A stretch of DNA of 64,000 nucleotides from a virus (taxonomy: Duplodnaviria > Caudoviricetes). The stretch's first letter is position 1. The number at the start of each line of letters is the position of its first letter. This document shows, piece by piece, positions 10,187 through 18,003 of this stretch. Location: IMG/VR virus record IMGVR_UViG_3300028048_003180, positions 44,710 to 108,709 of that record. One strand, written 5' to 3'. Under the pieces are notes generated by a model. That model was not told the origin of the DNA. It saw nothing but the letters and a program-made list of their open reading frames with translations, and made no database searches. The position numbers and the translations under genes were made by a program.

Positions 10187-13100
10187 GCTACGAAGTAACA
10201 TTAGGCAATTATCAGAGCGTAATTGGTGCGCTCCCTGCAAATACAGCATCCACCCCTTATGATGTCGTCATTACGGATGGGGAAAACTTGGCTCCTAATG
10301 TCTTAAGGCCTGTGCAAGCGGCGAAAAGATATGTCAATTTGAGTTTTACCCCGGCAACAGTTGAAAGTGATAGCATCCGTAATCTCTTTAGAGCAGGCAG
10401 TGTCACCTTGTACCTCGTATCATGCGACATGTCAAATCTGGACCTCTCGAACGTTACGGACGCGGTTTCTATGTTTGGGAACGTCAGTCTAAAAACTGTA
10501 GTCTTGCCGCCTATGGAGAATTTAACTACGGCAGCCGAAATGTTTTCTTGGTGTGACTCCCTTGAAAGCATTACTTTGCCTGCCATGCCTGAAGTTACTA
10601 ATGTGGGCGGCATGTTCCAAGTCTGTCGTGCACTCAAAAACATTACTTTGCCTGCTACTATGCCTAAAGTTACAGCGGCATACAGTATGTTCCAGGGGTG
10701 TGAATCCCTTGAAAGCATTACTTTGCCTGCCATGCCTGAAGTTACTAATGTGAAGGGTATGATTTTACAGTGTTCCGCCCTTAAAAAAGTTGACATATCA
10801 GGGCTCGCCTCAGGAACAAATACGGAAAACCTATTTCGGCTTTGCCCGGCCCTTAAGGAAATAACGGTAGCTACCACCAATTACGAAACTTACGTAAGTG
10901 CATTGGATGAAAATACTGCGGCAACGCCCTATGACGTAATTATTGCAGATGATACATTCGACGGTGATGTTCTTTTAAATGATATTTTTTCTTCTATGGT
11001 GCAAAGTGGAAGGTTCGTGAAGATTTCTTTTAGTGGAGGAACTTTTGGTGGTTTTACATTATGTTCAGATTATGCTTATCCAGAATCTGACTACTTGATA
11101 GAATGTGACATGTCATCAATGGCTTGCACGAACCTAATTTATGTTCAGGGTTTTCGCAACTGTAAAAACTTAAAGAAAGTAAAGATGCCTAATATTACAT
11201 CATCAGCCCCATGTACCGCAAATGGATGTTTTTTTGGTTGCGCTTCTCTTACTGAGGTAGAGTTTTTACCAGCAAACTTCGATTTAACTCAAGACATGTT
11301 TTCTCTTTGCAGTTCCCTCGAGCAAGTCGATTTGTCAAAAATACAATTAAAAGATACGGGACGTATGTTCCAAAATTGCACAGCCCTTAAGGACGTAGTT
11401 TTGCCAGATTTGTCAAGTGTATCTTCTGCTGCGTCCATGTTTGTTCGTTGTAGTAATCTTGTCACGGTAGATATATCAACATTAACTGCAGCCGCTAATG
11501 TCTATGATCTTTTTCTTGGTTGCTCCTCGCTTAAAACGGTAGTGTTGCCCGCAAGTATGGCGTCAACGAATGCTAAAGGTATGTTCTACGGTTGTAGTAG
11601 CCTTGAGGATATTACGCTGCCTGTTATGCCTGAAGTTACTAATGCGAATGAAATGTTTTATCGGTGCTCTGCACTCAAGACTGCTGACGTATCAGGGATT
11701 GCGGCAACTGCAGATGTTTCCAATATATTTCAGGAGTGTACGGTCCTTGAGGAGATAACGGTTACTACAGTCAATTATGAAACAATAGTAAGTGCATTGA
11801 ATGAAAACACTGCGGCTACTCCTTATGGCATCGTAATATCAGACGGGGAAAACCTTAGGCCTTCTGCCATGAAGGTGGATGAGACGGGAAGGTACGTCAA
11901 CCTAGGTTTTAGGCCAGCCGTTGTTGAAAGACAAGACATTGAAAGTCTTTTCGATTACAACAGCACAATAACTCATCAGTATCTTATATCATGCGACATG
12001 TCGAACCTTGACATGTCAAATGTTACGTATGCAAAAGGTGCATTCCATTCAAACAAAGGGTTAAAAACTGTTGTCATGCCGTCCTTAAGAAATGTATGGA
12101 ATTCAGCGGAGATGTTCTTAGGGTGTAATGCACTTGAAAACGTTACACTTCCTGACATGTCTAAAGTTACTGATGCAGTAAGCATGTTTTACAACTGTCG
12201 TTCACTTGAACACGTAGACATAGGGACATTCAGAAAACTGGAAGATGCATTAAATATGTTTTGCAGCTGTCATTCCCTTGTAGAAATTGACGCGACAAAC
12301 CTTACGGAACTCACCGATGCAGAGAGTATGTTCGCAGATTGTGGAGCACTTGAAAACGTTACACTTCCTGACATGTCTAAAATTACTAAAGCATCATATA
12401 TGTTTCAAGAATGCCTTTCTCTTGAAAGCATAGACTTATCTCCATTAGAAAATGTCGTAAATGCACGCAGTATGTTTTTTAAATCAGGAATTACAACCGT
12501 AAACATTTCGGGGATGAACAACCTTAAATATGCAGCAAATATGTTCAAGCAATGTGCTTCCCTGGAAAGCGTTGATATTTCTGGTATGGAAAATGTTGAG
12601 GATGCAGAGGAGATGTTCGCCGTCTGCGAAGCGTTGACGCATGTAAACATATCTGGAATGGGAAACGTTACAAATGCCACAGGTATGTTCTTTGGAGACC
12701 AGACCCTTGAGTCAGCTAATTTGACAAGCCTAGTGAGTGCAACTAATGGAGATGGTATGTTTTCCTCCTGTGTCAGCCTAGAAGAGGTTTCAGTTCCGCC
12801 CGCGTTAACCAACGTCAACGGGTTGTTTATGAACTGTCCAGACTTGACTACCGTAAAAAATTTCAAATGGGATTTCTCCAATATGGAGAATACAACCAAC
12901 TGTTTTTCCGGCTGCTCCTCCCTTACCCACCTATACTATTACTCTGACAACGACCCTGCCCTTATAATTCCTAATGACGACTGGCTTCTTTATTATAAGG
13001 GGGGGGCGTCAGCCTCTGAGGGATATACCCTTACGGCTTACGACAGGAAAGGGAATGTGGTACTCTCGGAATCTCTTGGCAGGCCGCAGATTCACCCTAT

Positions 13101-13770
13101 AGGACAGACAAACTCCCTGTTATTCGACACACAGCCAATAGATTGTGCAAACATCATAAAGTCGCCCTACCTCTTCGGAATAAATGACGGCAAGACGCTG
13201 GACGCTGCGGGCGGGACCCTTGCCATACTTGCAAAGGACACTGACAAGATAGTTACGAACATATTTGAAAGCAAGGCTATAAGGGATATGGTGAGCAACA
13301 TCACCCCGGCAGGTATAATCCAGATGTACGGCGGAACTACGGCTCCTGAAGGATGGCTCTTTTGTAACGGAGAGGAAGTCCCTACGGCCCAATATCCGAG
13401 GCTGTACGCCGCAATAGGGAATACGTATGGAACTCCGAAGACGACGGGGAACTTTGTCCTTCCTGATTTCCGCGAATGCGTACCTGTCGGAGCAGGACAA
13501 AGCAACAGGTCAGCCATATCAACCCATGATGTATTCAGCCTCGGCCAATACAAGAATGACTGTATACAGAACATCACTGGATGGGGCACAGGAACCCCCG
13601 TTAATTCTAGTGGTGGGGGAGCATTTTATAGTGACCCGGTAGACTTTGGTGGTTTTGGAGGTGGAAATTACCGTTTTAAGCAGTTACTGTTCGATGCCTC
13701 CCGCCAAGTCCGTACCAGCTCAGTAACACGAACTAAACAGATTGGTACAAACTACATCATTAAGTATTAA
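10183..13770 (+). CDS. Tail fibre with BspA/DUF285-like leucine-rich repeats and C-terminal tail-collar/tip domain
   Basis: Many MFxxCxxLxxIxLP repeats; collar motif PAGIIQMYGGTTAPEGWLFCNG...YPRLYAAIGNTYG...FVLPDFR; ends NYIIKY. Confidence 0.85.
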   Translation: MSYEVTLGNYQSVIGALPANTASTPYDVVITDGENLAPNVLRPVQAAKRYVNLSFTPATVESDSIRNLFRAGSVTLYLVSCDMSNLDLSNVTDAVSMFGNVSLKTVVLPPMENLTTAAEMFSWCDSLESITLPAMPEVTNVGGMFQVCRALKNITLPATMPKVTAAYSMFQGCESLESITLPAMPEVTNVKGMILQCSALKKVDISGLASGTNTENLFRLCPALKEITVATTNYETYVSALDENTAATPYDVIIADDTFDGDVLLNDIFSSMVQSGRFVKISFSGGTFGGFTLCSDYAYPESDYLIECDMSSMACTNLIYVQGFRNCKNLKKVKMPNITSSAPCTANGCFFGCASLTEVEFLPANFDLTQDMFSLCSSLEQVDLSKIQLKDTGRMFQNCTALKDVVLPDLSSVSSAASMFVRCSNLVTVDISTLTAAANVYDLFLGCSSLKTVVLPASMASTNAKGMFYGCSSLEDITLPVMPEVTNANEMFYRCSALKTADVSGIAATADVSNIFQECTVLEEITVTTVNYETIVSALNENTAATPYGIVISDGENLRPSAMKVDETGRYVNLGFRPAVVERQDIESLFDYNSTITHQYLISCDMSNLDMSNVTYAKGAFHSNKGLKTVVMPSLRNVWNSAEMFLGCNALENVTLPDMSKVTDAVSMFYNCRSLEHVDIGTFRKLEDALNMFCSCHSLVEIDATNLTELTDAESMFADCGALENVTLPDMSKITKASYMFQECLSLESIDLSPLENVVNARSMFFKSGITTVNISGMNNLKYAANMFKQCASLESVDISGMENVEDAEEMFAVCEALTHVNISGMGNVTNATGMFFGDQTLESANLTSLVSATNGDGMFSSCVSLEEVSVPPALTNVNGLFMNCPDLTTVKNFKWDFSNMENTTNCFSGCSSLTHLYYYSDNDPALIIPNDDWLLYYKGGASASEGYTLTAYDRKGNVVLSESLGRPQIHPIGQTNSLLFDTQPIDCANIIKSPYLFGINDGKTLDAAGGTLAILAKDTDKIVTNIFESKAIRDMVSNITPAGIIQMYGGTTAPEGWLFCNGEEVPTAQYPRLYAAIGNTYGTPKTTGNFVLPDFRECVPVGAGQSNRSAISTHDVFSLGQYKNDCIQNITGWGTGTPVNSSGGGAFYSDPVDFGGFGGGNYRFKQLLFDASRQVRTSSVTRTKQIGTNYIIKY
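10558..10752 (+). repeat. 48-bp exact direct repeat in LRR region (10558-10605, 10705-10752)
   Basis: tcccttgaaagcattactttgcctgccatgcctgaagttactaatgtg occurs twice. Confidence 0.9.
12130..12381 (+). repeat. 36-bp exact direct repeat in LRR region (12130-12165, 12346-12381)
   Basis: gcacttgaaaacgttacacttcctgacatgtctaaa occurs twice. Confidence 0.9.
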
Positions 13771-14044
13771 TACTTTATAATGTAATTTATACCCAACTCC
13801 TTTGTTCTGGTAACTGAACTTGTCCTTACATTTCTAGAAGCGTCAAAGCTAACAAGTCTTCGAGTTCTGGCGTCATCGTTCATAGTAACTTTAGGGCTCG
13901 TATACTCAAGGTCAGTAAGAGAAAAAGCTCCGTAAGGCTCAAAACCAAAAGGAATATTAGCACTGCCTCCCATGCCGTACATCTTAAATCCGCCAGTGAT
14001 GTTCTGTATACAGTCATTCTTGTATTGGCCGAGGCTGAATACAT
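13529..14044. repeat. Perfect 52-bp inverted repeat (13529-13580 / 13993-14044) flanking a 412-bp putatively invertible segment
   Basis: atgtattcagcctcggccaatacaagaatgactgtatacagaacatcactgg and its exact reverse complement. Confidence 0.95.
13767..14044 (-). other. Silent alternative tail-fibre C-terminal cassette
   Basis: Encodes VFSLGQYKNDCIQNITG-GFKMYG...FDASRNVRTSSVTRTKELGINYIIKY, paralogous to the fibre tip and in frame after inversion; no RBS of its own. Confidence 0.85.
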
Positions 14045-14070
14045 TTTTTTTTGCTTGACATTGGGATTCT

Positions 14071-14099
14071 TTGCAAAAAAAATACCACAATCTTATGAT
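14071..14099 (+). promoter_or_regulatory. Promoter TTGCAA-17-TATGAT with A-tract; leaderless ATG at 14106
   Basis: Consensus-like hexamers 6 nt upstream of ATG; no SD. Confidence 0.6.
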
Positions 14100-14105
14100 G
14101 GTCTT

Positions 14106-15077
14106 ATGCTATCAATAGTAGTTTTGTTTTGTGAGAAAGACATGTGGCATATACCGGGACTGGTACGCCACATGAAGGAAACCTTCAAGGATGAGTACGA
14201 GCTTGTGCTTATAGACAACAGGAAGGACAAATCTACGCCTCCGCCTGACGTAGGATGGCCAGTCTATGAGGCATCAGGGGACGGGACTTTCGAGGGGCGC
14301 AGGTTCTCACTGACGAAATGCAGGGGAAAATACGTCTGGTTCGTGGATGCGGACGACATAACCCTTGACTGGAGCGGTTTTGTAGACCTTGACAGTCAGG
14401 ATGCGGACTTCCTGTTCTTCAATGCGGCGGAGCTCAGGGATGAAAGGTTCGGGCCTATGTACAGCGGTGACATTCCTACATTCCTCATGCAGCAGGGGGA
14501 TGTACTCCATGAGGATATAAGGCTTGAAGTGAACCTGGATTCGTTCCTTCACGTGTACCTCCCGCTCTGGAACAAGTTCATAAGGCTTGATTTTGCAAGG
14601 CGGGTCTATGACATGGTGCCTCCCCTTCCCTCTGTCACAGACCACGAAGACTCCCTTATGAGCGCAATGCTCCTCAAACATGCAGAGTCTGTTTCTGACT
14701 GGACGGACAAGACCATTTACATCTATGACTCAAGGACAAGCACTTCATCGGTTGGAACGTCTCAGACGGTCGCGAAGTATAAGGCACTGAACAAGGGGCA
14801 GCAGAGGCTGCTGGAGTTTGCAAAGGGACACTTTACGGAGAAGGAGTGGTCAGACCTTGGCCTTGACCTGTATTTCTACGGTGACTATTACTGGAGGTTC
14901 CGGAAAATCCAGTCCTTGCCGGAGAAAGTGGAGGTCTTGAGGTTTATTACCGAAGAGTTCAGTTATGAGAACATACTGGGAATGCTGAAGTTTGCAGAGC
15001 AGTTTGACGAGTACAACCGCCGGATTATCATGGAAAGGTGTATCACCCGTTACTGCCTGAAGGATGTAAAGTTCTAA
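14106..15077 (+). CDS. Glycosyltransferase family 2
   Basis: MLSIVV start, ELVLIDN, GKYVWFVDADD (DxD), LWNKFIR, HED motif. Confidence 0.85.
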   Translation: MLSIVVLFCEKDMWHIPGLVRHMKETFKDEYELVLIDNRKDKSTPPPDVGWPVYEASGDGTFEGRRFSLTKCRGKYVWFVDADDITLDWSGFVDLDSQDADFLFFNAAELRDERFGPMYSGDIPTFLMQQGDVLHEDIRLEVNLDSFLHVYLPLWNKFIRLDFARRVYDMVPPLPSVTDHEDSLMSAMLLKHAESVSDWTDKTIYIYDSRTSTSSVGTSQTVAKYKALNKGQQRLLEFAKGHFTEKEWSDLGLDLYFYGDYYWRFRKIQSLPEKVEVLRFITEEFSYENILGMLKFAEQFDEYNRRIIMERCITRYCLKDVKF

Positions 15078-15730
15078 ATCGTCCTGCTGAGGACTCCCAG
15101 TACGCGCCCTACCACCATGAACCTGCACTTGTCATACTCGTCAAGCCTTACCGTGTAAGGGGGGTACCTTGTGTTGTCGCAGGCAACGCTCGTTTCATGG
15201 GGAAGTTGCGAAAGCCTTTTCACTGAAACCTGTCCGCCAAGGCTTACCGCATATAGCCCGTTGGCCGTAACTGCTGACGTTTCGGAGCATATAACAACGG
15301 AGCCGTTGGGAATCGTAGGTTCCATGTAGTCGCCTGAGACCCGGACGCATACCTTGGAGCCGGACGTGGACTCAAGCCATTCGGGTGCAGGAATCCAGAG
15401 TGCCGCCTTCCGCGGGGGAAACAGTTCGTCTGAAAGGACAGGCACGAAAGTCCCGCTTTCAGAGCCGCTGCCTCCTATGACCACAACCCTGTTGTCTTTC
15501 CCTTCAAGAAGGAACTCAACGGAGGTGTCCAGTATCTTGGATATTCTGAGGACTGTATGGGAGTTCGGGTATGAAGCCTGGTGCTTCCAGTCGGAGAATA
15601 CGTTTGAGTTAAGTCCGGCCTGCCTTATGAGCTCATTTTTCGTCATGTTCTTGTCATGCAGGAGTTTCTCTATACGCACGATAAACTCCGGCGGCAGCCT
15701 TTCCTTTTTTTGTTTGTGATTTGTTTCCAT
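15074..15730 (-). CDS. CI/LexA-like repressor (XRE HTH + S24 peptidase domain)
   Basis: HTH ...ISKILDTSVEFLL; VSGDYMEPTIPNG and VKRL; the usual catalytic Ser of GDSM appears as Tyr. Confidence 0.85.
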   Translation of the reverse strand: METNHKQKKERLPPEFIVRIEKLLHDKNMTKNELIRQAGLNSNVFSDWKHQASYPNSHTVLRISKILDTSVEFLLEGKDNRVVVIGGSGSESGTFVPVLSDELFPPRKAALWIPAPEWLESTSGSKVCVRVSGDYMEPTIPNGSVVICSETSAVTANGLYAVSLGGQVSVKRLSQLPHETSVACDNTRYPPYTVRLDEYDKCRFMVVGRVLGVLSRTI

Positions 15731-15780
15731 AAGGATATATTAGCGCGGCAAGAAACAAAATGCAACCATCAAGGAAAAAC

Positions 15781-15809
15781 TTGACTTATACAAGATTTTA
15801 CGTTATCCT
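15781..15809 (+). promoter_or_regulatory. PR-like promoter TTGACT-17-TATCCT with putative operator
   Basis: Divergent from cI; ttgacttatacaagatttt resembles ttgactttataaagatttt at 16603. Confidence 0.55.
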
Positions 15810-15858
15810 ATAATTAGTCATATCTTGATATATTTCATTATATTATGAGGTTTTTGTT

Positions 15859-16032
15859 ATGGAGAAAAAGGACTATAATATCATTTTGACCGTAAAGGAC
15901 GTGGCGGAGCTCTTCAAGGTTGAGGAGCAGACCGTCTACCACTGGGCCAACAACGGAACCCTGCCGTCCTTCAAGATAGGCAAGGTCATCCGTTTCAGAA
16001 GGAATGAAATATTTGGAATGCTTGATATTTAA
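15859..16032 (+). CDS. Cro/Xis-like HTH_17 protein (57 aa, not in ORF track)
   Basis: MEKKDYNIILTVKDVAELFKVEEQTVYHWANNGTLPSFKIGKVIRFRRNEIFGMLDI; GAGG upstream. Confidence 0.85.
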   Translation: MEKKDYNIILTVKDVAELFKVEEQTVYHWANNGTLPSFKIGKVIRFRRNEIFGMLDI

Positions 16033-16044
16033 GGAAGGGGCATT

Positions 16045-16269
16045 ATGGACAAGTGGACGGACAATCCTGAAGACAGGACGGTGGATGCCATCACGAGGCG
16101 TTACAAGGTGTGCAGGAAACGCACGGAGGCACTTTGCAAAAAGCACGGAGGGGATGATTTTTCAGAACCCTTGCCCGGTCAACAACCCCCACCTAAAGGA
16201 AGGGGCTTGCAAAAGCCCTTGTTGACTAGACCAAGTGCTTCGGGCACTACGTTATCCGTGAATACATAG
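16045..16269 (+). CDS. Hypothetical protein whose 3' end is supplied by the inserted element
   Basis: SD aaggaagggg; runs into the element at 16178. Confidence 0.45.
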   Translation: MDKWTDNPEDRTVDAITRRYKVCRKRTEALCKKHGGDDFSEPLPGQQPPPKGRGLQKPLLTRPSASGTTLSVNT

Positions 16270-16440
16270 GCACCAGTGGATGTTCGGTCTAGTCCACTGC
16301 TCTGCGGTACATGGTTAAACAGTTCTGAGGGGTAGGAACAGTGCTGTGTACTTAAAACCACGGAATAACATCGTCTAAGACCGCAAACAGACCTGGGTAA
16401 GTCTGAGCCGGTTCTTGTTACCGGCTGTTAAACTGCCTAA
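16178..16440 (+). ncRNA. omega-RNA / HEARO-like RNA
   Basis: Ordered motifs GTCAAC..CCCC..CTAAAG..GGGGCTTG..GTTGACTAG, ACTACGTT, AGGCACC..GGATG..AGTCC..GCTCTGCG, GTTAAACAG, ACAGTG, AAAACC..TAACAT; 3' limit approximate. Confidence 0.75.
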
Positions 16441-16508
16441 TTTTTACAGGAGGTAAAAAGGTGCTCCTCCTCCAGCTAAAGCAAGGGGTTTCCGCACCTT
16501 AATTTGCA
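16178..16508 (+). mobile_element. Non-autonomous IS200/IS605 (IscB-type) element lacking iscB
   Basis: End hairpins cccc-acctaaagga-agggg and ctcctcctccagctaaagcaagggg; starts GTCAAC; followed by ATAAA; residual SD plus 13-codon VLLLQLKQGVSAP. Confidence 0.75.
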
Positions 16509-16515
16509 ATAAACG

Positions 16516-16548
16516 AAAGCCGTGGGTTGGTTCCTGCGGCTTTTTTTT
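16516..16548 (+). terminator. Rho-independent terminator
   Basis: aaagccgtggg..cctgcggcttt followed by T8. Confidence 0.8.
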
Positions 16549-16641
16549 GTTACTGAGCCTTAGCTACAGACTTGTAAAAACTTGGCAATATAAGAAAGTT
16601 TCTTGACTTTATAAAGATTTTTCTGGTAATATATTAAAGTA

Positions 16642-16863
16642 ATGCCACTCCTTAAAATAACAATTCCTTGGAAAACTGCCGGAAGCAAGAAGAAAATTCG
16701 CGAGAGTACAGTCCTTGACGGGGTATTCAACATAGAAAGCCCGTCCGGGAAGTCCGTCTGGTTCAAGCGGGCTGGCAGCAGGTGGCTTTGTTACTGCGGG
16801 AGGGCAAGATTCTTTGACAGCATGACGGGCCTGCTTGAGTGGGCTGATTCTTTTCTGGAGTAG
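16642..16863 (+). CDS. Hypothetical protein
   Basis: 73 aa, downstream of a TTGACT..TAATAT promoter-like site. Confidence 0.5.
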   Translation: MPLLKITIPWKTAGSKKKIRESTVLDGVFNIESPSGKSVWFKRAGSRWLCYCGRARFFDSMTGLLEWADSFLE

Positions 16864-16867
16864 ATTT

Positions 16868-17209
16868 GTGAAACAGAAGAAGACTGAGAAGCTTTATAAG
16901 GAAATCGTAAAGAAAGAGATTGACGGCGGCATGACCTGCGAGGAGGTCGTAAAAAAATACCCGGTGTCAATGTACTATGCGCGGAAATGGTCGAACGACG
17001 TATACCACAAGAAAGACCTGAACCACTATGTACGCGACAGGTACAAGTGGGTTGTGGACGAGTTCAGCATAAAGCTCGCAGGCTCTCTTGCTGACGAGCT
17101 TCCAGTCTGCATCCAGGAAGACATAACGGACGAGATGTGGGAACGGTGGAACGGGGTTATAAAGCAGAGCCTTTATGACTTCTCTAAGGAAATAATCAAG
17201 AAAAACTAA
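16868..17209 (+). CDS. Hypothetical protein, possible N-terminal HTH
   Basis: GTG after GGAG; GMTCEEVVKKYPVSMYYARKW. Confidence 0.55.
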   Translation: MKQKKTEKLYKEIVKKEIDGGMTCEEVVKKYPVSMYYARKWSNDVYHKKDLNHYVRDRYKWVVDEFSIKLAGSLADELPVCIQEDITDEMWERWNGVIKQSLYDFSKEIIKKN

Positions 17210-17227
17210 TATACACAGGAGATTTTT

Positions 17228-17650
17228 ATGTCAAAGAACACAAACATGGTTGTCGTGTCAGGCAACATCGTAAGGGACGTCGAGCTCAATGAGTCACAGA
17301 CTTTAATCCGCTTCTGCATTGCGAACTCCGAGTCAGTGAAGAAGGACGGCAAGTGGGAGGAGTACACCAACTACTTCGACATCAAGGGATTCGGCGGTAC
17401 CGTAAAGCTTGCACCTTACCTTGTGAAAGGTACTAAGGTAATCGTTACCGGATCACTCCATCAGGACAGATGGGAGAAGGACGGCCAGAAGAACAGCCGC
17501 ATTGTCATTAACTGTAGCAGCCTTGAGTTCGGAGGCAACGGAAAGAAGAAGGCTGAAAGCCAGGATGAAGGTGCACCAGCCGGGAGTTCAGGAAGCGGAG
17601 AGTTCAAAGAAGACCTCCCCTGGGATGAAAACGAAGATATTCCCTTCTAA
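17228..17650 (+). CDS. ssb: Single-stranded DNA-binding protein
   Basis: OB-fold N.VVVSGNIVRD...KG..V.V.G.L.QDRW; acidic tail EDIPF. Confidence 0.92.
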   Translation: MSKNTNMVVVSGNIVRDVELNESQTLIRFCIANSESVKKDGKWEEYTNYFDIKGFGGTVKLAPYLVKGTKVIVTGSLHQDRWEKDGQKNSRIVINCSSLEFGGNGKKKAESQDEGAPAGSSGSGEFKEDLPWDENEDIPF

Positions 17651-17730
17651 TTCTGATGATGAATACGCGCCGCTGAAGGTTCTCGTAAAAGCCTTCGGCG
17701 GCACAATAACTGACAGTCCGCGAGGTTTCA

Positions 17731-18003
17731 ATGGGTTTTGACAAGAGAGAAGTAAGACGCTGTATCAGGTACACAAAGAACATTCCTGCCGCTATGGTCC
17801 TGTACATTGCAAGGAACGGATGCAACGGATTCAAGTGCAGGGGATGTCCCGTTGGCACTGTCTGCGACCACAGGCCAGTCAACTCAAGGGATTATGCTGC
17901 CGCCCTTCTTTTAGAGATAAAGAAGCGGTACAGCCTTTGGGGAAGGGTCAAAAGATTCCTTAAAGGGCTGAAGAAAAAAATATTCAGGAAGGCAAGCGCA
18001 TGA
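17731..18003 (+). CDS. Small Cys-rich protein
   Basis: CNGFKCRGCPVGTVC; overlaps start of the radical SAM gene. Confidence 0.55.
   Translation: MGFDKREVRRCIRYTKNIPAAMVLYIARNGCNGFKCRGCPVGTVCDHRPVNSRDYAAALLLEIKKRYSLWGRVKRFLKGLKKKIFRKASA

Noticed and set aside
13529-14044. Diversity-generating retroelement (TR/VR pair) at the fibre tip
   Set aside because: The copies are inverted, differ by indels and at all four bases rather than only at adenines, and no reverse transcriptase is in the window.
13767-14105. ORF-track starts at 14090 (minus) and 14025 (plus)
   Set aside because: Both run through the inverted repeat and promoter without an SD. The minus ORF is better read as a silent cassette, and the glycosyltransferase as starting at 14106.
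16045-16560. Claim that removing the omega element restores a clean ORF stop
   Set aside because: With the inferred junction (cccg|ataaa) the frame runs through the terminator, so the original gene end cannot be established from this sequence.
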